From Candidatus Chisholmbacteria bacterium (GTDB lineage Bacteria; Patescibacteriota; Microgenomatia; UBA1400; Chisholmbacteraceae), in the NCBI GenBank assembly GCA_963704905.1, contig CAVPHZ010000001.1:1089-65088 (forward strand): a stretch of 64,000 bases of DNA, given 5' to 3'. The notes below the pieces were generated by a model. That model ran no database searches, was not told where the DNA came from, and saw only the letters and a list, made by a program, of their open reading frames with translations. The stretch's first letter is position 1, and each line of letters begins with the position of its first letter. A program made the translations under genes and the position numbers. Below are positions 58,504 through 64,000 of this stretch, piece after piece.

Positions 58504-59385
58504 CTATTGAAGTATTGATGATGCGTCAAAAAGGAAGTCTTCCGATCCGACTATTTTTGGCATGACACCATCCCATTTTTCGATAAAGAGTTTTTGGTTA
58601 TCGAGCTTAATTTTTTCAAGGACTTGTGCATCCAGAGTCTGCCTTTGCAATCGCTGTTCTTCAGCTTGCCCTTCCGCTTTAGTGATTCTTGCTTCCTTCT
58701 GGAATTTCGCCTGCTCAGCAATATTTTCTTCTGTTTCTACCTTTACGGCTTCTATCTGTTTGGTCTCGATCGCACTGATGTATTGATCTGTAAATTTTAT
58801 CTCACGTATCCCAACAGAATCTAAAACAAGCCCATTGTCTTCAAACGTGTTTTTGAGTGCATTGAATATTTCATTTTGGACTTGCACCGAACCATCACCG
58901 GTGTATAGCGTATCTGCAGTAAATCTTCTAGGAATGTTTCTTGCCCAAATTCTTGATTCGGTTTTGACTACCTTTTCCACTAGTGATGTTTCTGAGCCGA
59001 TATTCTGCGCTACCCAAGCTGCCTTGGTCCGGTCAATATTAAATCGAACGGTATAAAAGATATTTACTTGCTGTCCGTCTTCTGTATTTGTATCCACTGG
59101 TTCATCTTTGTAGTCTGCCTCGGATGATCTTTGTTTTTCTGCTGTAGTAGTTTCATAGATAATTTTTTTTGTATTATATGTTGTTACGCGTTCAACTAGA
59201 GGAATAACAAAATGTGGACCAGGATCCAATACGCGGCCAGTAACTTTTCCAAATCGGGTTACGACTCCAACTTCCCCGGCTGAGACGATCTTGAATGAGA
59301 GGAGCATGACTGTGATCGGGAGGAGAATGTAAACGATGTATTTTTTTACTTCGCTGAGCTCTGGAATTCTAAAATAGGTTTCCAT
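58504..59385 (-). CDS. SPFH/prohibitin family protein
   Basis: GEVGVVTRFGKV, PGPHF.IP, AIE.KQ, KWDG.MP. Confidence 0.92.
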   Translation of the reverse strand: METYFRIPELSEVKKYIVYILLPITVMLLSFKIVSAGEVGVVTRFGKVTGRVLDPGPHFVIPLVERVTTYNTKKIIYETTTAEKQRSSEADYKDEPVDTNTEDGQQVNIFYTVRFNIDRTKAAWVAQNIGSETSLVEKVVKTESRIWARNIPRRFTADTLYTGDGSVQVQNEIFNALKNTFEDNGLVLDSVGIREIKFTDQYISAIETKQIEAVKVETEENIAEQAKFQKEARITKAEGQAEEQRLQRQTLDAQVLEKIKLDNQKLFIEKWDGVMPKIVGSEDFLFDASSILQ

Positions 59386-59560
59386 CGCTTGGATAGTATC
59401 ATATCTTATAGGATTAGTAAAATTCTATTTTAAATACAAACCTATTCGTATGAAAAAGCAAGTTGATTATTGTGCTCTAGGTAACAGGTAAGTTGGTACC
59501 AATTCACCATGATGATGAAAGATTACTTATTGAATCACTTTTGATTGGCGGTGATACTAT

Positions 59561-59776
59561 ATGGATAACGATCATAACTCAACCTCACATTCAATGACTT
59601 GTCCAGTTGAAGGATGCGGTCGTCGAATTGAAGTTCATGCGCACAATGATGATGATGCTGTCATGAAAATAATGCAAGCTGGGAAGGCTCACTTTGGTGA
59701 AATGCACCCAGGTGCTACTGGTATGTCACCTGAAGAAATGGAAAGTATGACGCGAAAATTAATGAAAAAGCACTAA
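59561..59776 (+). CDS. DUF1059-like small metal-binding protein
   Basis: C....C.........H...H spacing. Confidence 0.65.
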   Translation: MDNDHNSTSHSMTCPVEGCGRRIEVHAHNDDDAVMKIMQAGKAHFGEMHPGATGMSPEEMESMTRKLMKKH

Positions 59777-60017
59777 TAAATGCTTAGTGAAAGTAAAAAA
59801 TATTAGCTCTCCCTCCCAGGACGAACTCAAGATATGGAACCTTTTTTAAAGTGAATTCGTATATTGATTTTCTTCTGGCTTCTTCGTAATATGTCTCTAA
59901 GAAGTTGTGTTTAAGGAATCTGGTGAAATTCCAGAACTGTGCCGCAACTGTAATCCGACTTAAAGCTCGGTAAGTCAGAAAACTAACAACTTCTAGTATC
60001 CCGAGCAGGAGAAATTC

Positions 60018-60917
60018 ATGTCGAAAGAACTTCATCAATTCACGCAAGCTGTACTAGAATTTCCCCCTCCGCAACGCTTTGAAGAACTCGCATCTGAAAT
60101 TCATGAGACTAATCGCCTTCCCGATCCATATCTATTTGTGTTTGACGAGCAGACAAATCAGTTTATTACGCCAGCTGGAGAGTCTGTAGTTGATAACATT
60201 GTTACTGATTCGTACTTAGGTGCAGTTGAATATTCAGCATGGCAACGAATACAAGACTGGTCAAGTAACAATGCGTCTGGATTGGCGCTTTGGTTCAGCC
60301 CACCATTTGAAAGGGAAGGTTACGAAAATTCAAAATTTATTATTCATGAACTTTCGCTTCTGGAAACTGGAGAAAAAATTATTTTCAACAGAGCAGTTAT
60401 TTTGGACATCGAAGCTCAAGAGCTTCTCGATTTGGCAAATGCTCTGTCTTCAAAAAAAATCATGAATCCTGAAATGCTCCGTTCCCAACCGTTATTTCCA
60501 AATCTGCAAGATTTTCAACACTGGTTTGCAAATGAACTATCAGGAATTACTTATCAGACTGGGATTATAGAATCTGGGCGAGATCTACTTTTAAAACGGG
60601 AGGCTTATGCCTCAGCTCAGGATATTTATTCTTCAATTGCTATAGTTGGAGAAGATCTCTTTTCATCTCAAATGTACGCTGCTGCTGTTCGTGAAGCTGA
60701 AGATCGAGAACTTATTGGTGAACATTCAAGGAGCTGTCCACCTGGTCAGTCAAAACAATCTACAGCGTTTGAAAAAGCTCTGGAATACTCTTCGAATAGT
60801 AATGAGAAAAGGCTAAATTGTACTTGTCCATTCTGTAAAAAGAAGGTTACAGCTACCATTTTAAATAATAAAATTCACTGTCCAGAATGTAAGAAGAGTG
60901 TTCCTTATGAATGTTGA
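60018..60917 (+). CDS. Hypothetical protein with C-terminal zinc ribbon
   Basis: CTCPFC..HCPEC..C. Confidence 0.75.
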   Translation: MSKELHQFTQAVLEFPPPQRFEELASEIHETNRLPDPYLFVFDEQTNQFITPAGESVVDNIVTDSYLGAVEYSAWQRIQDWSSNNASGLALWFSPPFEREGYENSKFIIHELSLLETGEKIIFNRAVILDIEAQELLDLANALSSKKIMNPEMLRSQPLFPNLQDFQHWFANELSGITYQTGIIESGRDLLLKREAYASAQDIYSSIAIVGEDLFSSQMYAAAVREAEDRELIGEHSRSCPPGQSKQSTAFEKALEYSSNSNEKRLNCTCPFCKKKVTATILNNKIHCPECKKSVPYEC

Positions 60918-61043
60918 GTCCCATGTGAATTGTATTGTTCGTCTAAACAGCGAGCAATACCAGCTATAATTGATGTGATGAAGTCATCTGATGTTTAAAA
61001 CTCTATAGCCAATTTTAAAAGAGTAATACTGTGAATAGCTATT

Positions 61044-61811
61044 ATGAAGGTGAAAAAGCCAATCAAAGAATTGTTAAAAAGCTTAACAAATGGGATCTCT
61101 TTAGTCCTTGGAGAAAACTTACTTGGATTCTATTTAACTGGCTCTCTTACCTATGATGATTTTAATCCTTTGCGAAGTGATATTGATTTACTAGCAGTAG
61201 TGAGGAAGCCGTTAAACTCTAAGGAATTAGTACAAATTAAAAAGCTCCATCTGAAAATTGAAAATCAATTTAAGAAGTGGGCGAAACGAATTGAATGCTC
61301 ATATCTGCCGGTTGAATTGATGAAGAGCATTCTTCCGCCAAAAAAACCTCGTCCCTACTATGGTGAAGGTGTTCTTTATCCACAAGCACCATATGGCAAC
61401 GAATGGATAATCAATCAATACTTGTTATATTACTATAGTGTTGCGTTAAAAGGACCAGAATTCTCTAGCTTAGTAGACAAACCGATTGATATCAAAGATG
61501 TCCAAGATGCATGCAGGAAAGATCTCGTTGATGAATGGCAACCAAAGATACAGGAACCTAAGTATCTAAACAATAGCCATTATCAATCATATGTCATACT
61601 GAATCTCTGTCGCATTCTCTATACCATTAAAAAAGATGATGTCGCTTCAAAGTCTGTTTCATCAAAATGGGTTATTAACAATTTCGGAGATCATTGGGGA
61701 GATCTAATCAGAGAGGCTGACACTTGGAGTTATGGAAAGCAAATGAACCGAAGAGGAGAAACTATAGATTTTATTAAATTTGTTTTGGAAAAAGTTAAAA
61801 ACGTAAAATGA
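61044..61811 (+). CDS. Aminoglycoside nucleotidyltransferase-like protein (NTase + DUF4111)
   Basis: YLTGS......SDIDL, LNLCRILYT, SK...W. Confidence 0.85.
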   Translation: MKVKKPIKELLKSLTNGISLVLGENLLGFYLTGSLTYDDFNPLRSDIDLLAVVRKPLNSKELVQIKKLHLKIENQFKKWAKRIECSYLPVELMKSILPPKKPRPYYGEGVLYPQAPYGNEWIINQYLLYYYSVALKGPEFSSLVDKPIDIKDVQDACRKDLVDEWQPKIQEPKYLNNSHYQSYVILNLCRILYTIKKDDVASKSVSSKWVINNFGDHWGDLIREADTWSYGKQMNRRGETIDFIKFVLEKVKNVK

Positions 61812-61832
61812 AAACAATATTGAGGAGGGTAC

Positions 61833-62414
61833 ATGGCAGTTAGAAAAACTATTCAAGTTGGTCATCCAGCACTTAAAGCAAAAAATCAGGAGATTAGAAG
61901 CTTTAGGTCTCCAAAACTAAAACAACTGATTCATGATTTGAAAGACACGATGGAAGATGTTGGGCTTATCGGAATTGCCGCTCCGCAAATCGCTGAAAAT
62001 TACCAAGTCTTTCTCACACATCCAAGAAAAACTAAAGATAGGACTGGAGATGGTGATAAACTCAGGATCTATCTCAATCCTACGATAGTTACGACGTCCA
62101 AGAAGCAGAGTATTATTTATGAAGGATGCGGGAGTGTGCTGACTGGTGCTCTATTTGGTCCGGTTCAAAGACCTGCAGAAATCACTGTTGAGGCATTTGA
62201 TGAAAAAGGAGATAAATTTCAGCTATGCTGTGATGGTATTTTGGCAAGAGTAATTCAGCATGAAATCGATCATCTCAGAGGTATCGAGTTTCTTGAATGT
62301 GTACATAATTACAAACAAATGATGACAGATGAGTATTATCGACTTCGCATCAAAACCTTAAAACAACATATGAAAGCTTCAATGATTACGAAAGTGGAAT
62401 ATAAGAAGATATGA
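61833..62414 (+). CDS. def: Peptide deformylase
   Basis: GIAAPQI, EGCGS, QHEIDHL.G. Confidence 0.92.
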   Translation: MAVRKTIQVGHPALKAKNQEIRSFRSPKLKQLIHDLKDTMEDVGLIGIAAPQIAENYQVFLTHPRKTKDRTGDGDKLRIYLNPTIVTTSKKQSIIYEGCGSVLTGALFGPVQRPAEITVEAFDEKGDKFQLCCDGILARVIQHEIDHLRGIEFLECVHNYKQMMTDEYYRLRIKTLKQHMKASMITKVEYKKI

Positions 62415-62699
62415 TTGACACTACGAGTATGAATCAAGATAAAAATTGGAGATACCTGTTTGTAATCAAGATGTATGATTTCTTTGGAATGGATGTGACA
62501 AAAATAATTTCTGACGAAAAGAGATTTTAACGGACTGCAGATCTTGTCATTAATTCACTCGCACTTACAATACTCGGGATACTCTTTCCGATATTTTTAG
62601 TCTTTCTCGGTATTTCGTACTGATAATTCTTCTGTTTTGATATACAATGTGATCTTTCTATACGTATAGATATTGTTTATATTCATTAGTGTTTATCAT

Positions 62700-63062
62700 A
62701 TGGGAAAAGAAGCTCTCGCACATCATATTCGGAATATTGGAATGACTCTTCAAGGGGAGAGTGATGTGGGAAAAATTAAACAATGGGCTAAACAACATAC
62801 TACGCACCTAAGCAGAATGTTCGGCGAGGAATCGGGTGAGCCTATTTATCCTGGATTACAAACCCCTGATGGAAGAAAGCAGTATGCAGCTACATTAGTA
62901 GAAATGGCAGTAGCAAAAAGCGAAGGACAATTGCATGTGATTCCTGATTTTAGGCCAGATGGAGAGCCGAATTTCGACGAGCTCTGTGATCACTGTGGAA
63001 ATCGTTGTGTTGATGAATGTAGAAAATCTAATCTTCCATTTGTAATAATTGGTGGACATTAA
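62700..63062 (+). CDS. Hypothetical protein with C-terminal Cys cluster
   Basis: CDHC...C...C. Confidence 0.55.
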   Translation: MGKEALAHHIRNIGMTLQGESDVGKIKQWAKQHTTHLSRMFGEESGEPIYPGLQTPDGRKQYAATLVEMAVAKSEGQLHVIPDFRPDGEPNFDELCDHCGNRCVDECRKSNLPFVIIGGH

Positions 63063-63199
63063 TACCTCTGCTAAAGTAGCCTCTCCTACCTTACAACTGG
63101 ATTCACTATTTCTGTAGGTTGCTATATTTCTCACAGGTTTGAGATGCGATAATTTTCAGACCATTGAGATGTTCACTTTATTACTTGAAATATATTTAT

Positions 63200-63961
63200 T
63201 TAGACGGATATGTGTTCGGGAGTGAAAAAGGTTAGAAGATACATAATAACCACTCCAGCGATAAGTAGAACAATTTTTTTACTAGCATTTGCTCCCTTTT
63301 CCTCTTCTCCTACCATTGGAAGAAAGTCGCTTGCACCCAGATAGAGAAAAACTCCTGCAGATATTGCAAGAAGTATAGCGACTATTCCACGTGATTCATT
63401 TGTAAACATTAATACTAGAAAAGCACCTGGAAATGTTGCAAGTGCGGAGAGAAAGTTTGCTATAAATGTTTTTTTCTCAGACCAACCAGCAGCTACAAGA
63501 ACGCCAAAATCCCCTATCTCATGTGGTGTTTCATGAAGAAACGTGGCAAATGCAACAACGAAACCAAACATAGGATCTGTTAAGTATGCAGCTCCAATTG
63601 CGACACCATCAATGAAGTTGTGAATCGTATCACCAAACAATACCAGTGGAACTGAATGTTTTAGAGATTTTGTTTCTGGCGTTTCATGATGATGAAGATG
63701 GGCAAAAAACTGTTCAAACAGAAATGAGAGAAGAAAAGCGACAAGAAGATACAGGTACGCAGAATCTCCCAAATCGTGTACTGCCTCTGGAAGAAGATGT
63801 AAGAGTGAAACAGAAAGCAAGACACCTGCTGCAAAAGGCACAGCATATTTACACAGTGTTTGTGACCATGATTTTTTTACAAGAAACACAACTCCGCCAA
63901 TCAAGCCGGCGATGCTTCCTATTGTTGCTAACAGTAATATCGATGGAATTGAATTGCTCAT
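63200..63961 (-). CDS. ZIP family metal transporter
   Basis: HLHHHE loop, HNFIDG, HETPHEIGD. Confidence 0.93.
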   Translation of the reverse strand: MSNSIPSILLLATIGSIAGLIGGVVFLVKKSWSQTLCKYAVPFAAGVLLSVSLLHLLPEAVHDLGDSAYLYLLVAFLLSFLFEQFFAHLHHHETPETKSLKHSVPLVLFGDTIHNFIDGVAIGAAYLTDPMFGFVVAFATFLHETPHEIGDFGVLVAAGWSEKKTFIANFLSALATFPGAFLVLMFTNESRGIVAILLAISAGVFLYLGASDFLPMVGEEEKGANASKKIVLLIAGVVIMYLLTFFTPEHISV

Positions 63962-64000
63962 ATTTATAGTCTACCTGTAAATTCAATAAATACCAAAAAC

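Overview
AT-rich bacterial window (genetic code 11). Gene content suggests Patescibacteria/CPR, probably Microgenomates: CPR-type pilin, DUF5652, DUF3467, a group 3b-related hydrogenase and many leaderless genes (inference). Housekeeping genes (lon, era, dtd, nfo, sod, tRNA-Gln) alternate with redox- and metal-stress loci. The main observation is two independent arrays of gene modules separated by direct repeats that resemble tRNA 3' ends. Array 1 has five ~30-bp sites at 1849-12558 ending in a tRNA-Glu-like CGTGGGGTCAC. Array 2 has four to five ~33-bp sites downstream of tRNA-Gln(CTG) at 38368, ending in (G/C)CAGC. In both families the T-loop motif GTTCGAA lies 5 nt further from the acceptor end than in a real tRNA, which is the attP/attB half-site offset described for large serine recombinases. 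No recombinase is encoded in the window. This suggests an integron-like, tRNA-anchored system of non-autonomous cassettes (inference). Also present: a minimal [NiFe]-hydrogenase locus with HypC-like and DUF6390 genes, a BlaI/M56-DsbA module with two operators, a copper locus, a CIRCE upstream of lon, and many frameshifts that may be sequencing errors.
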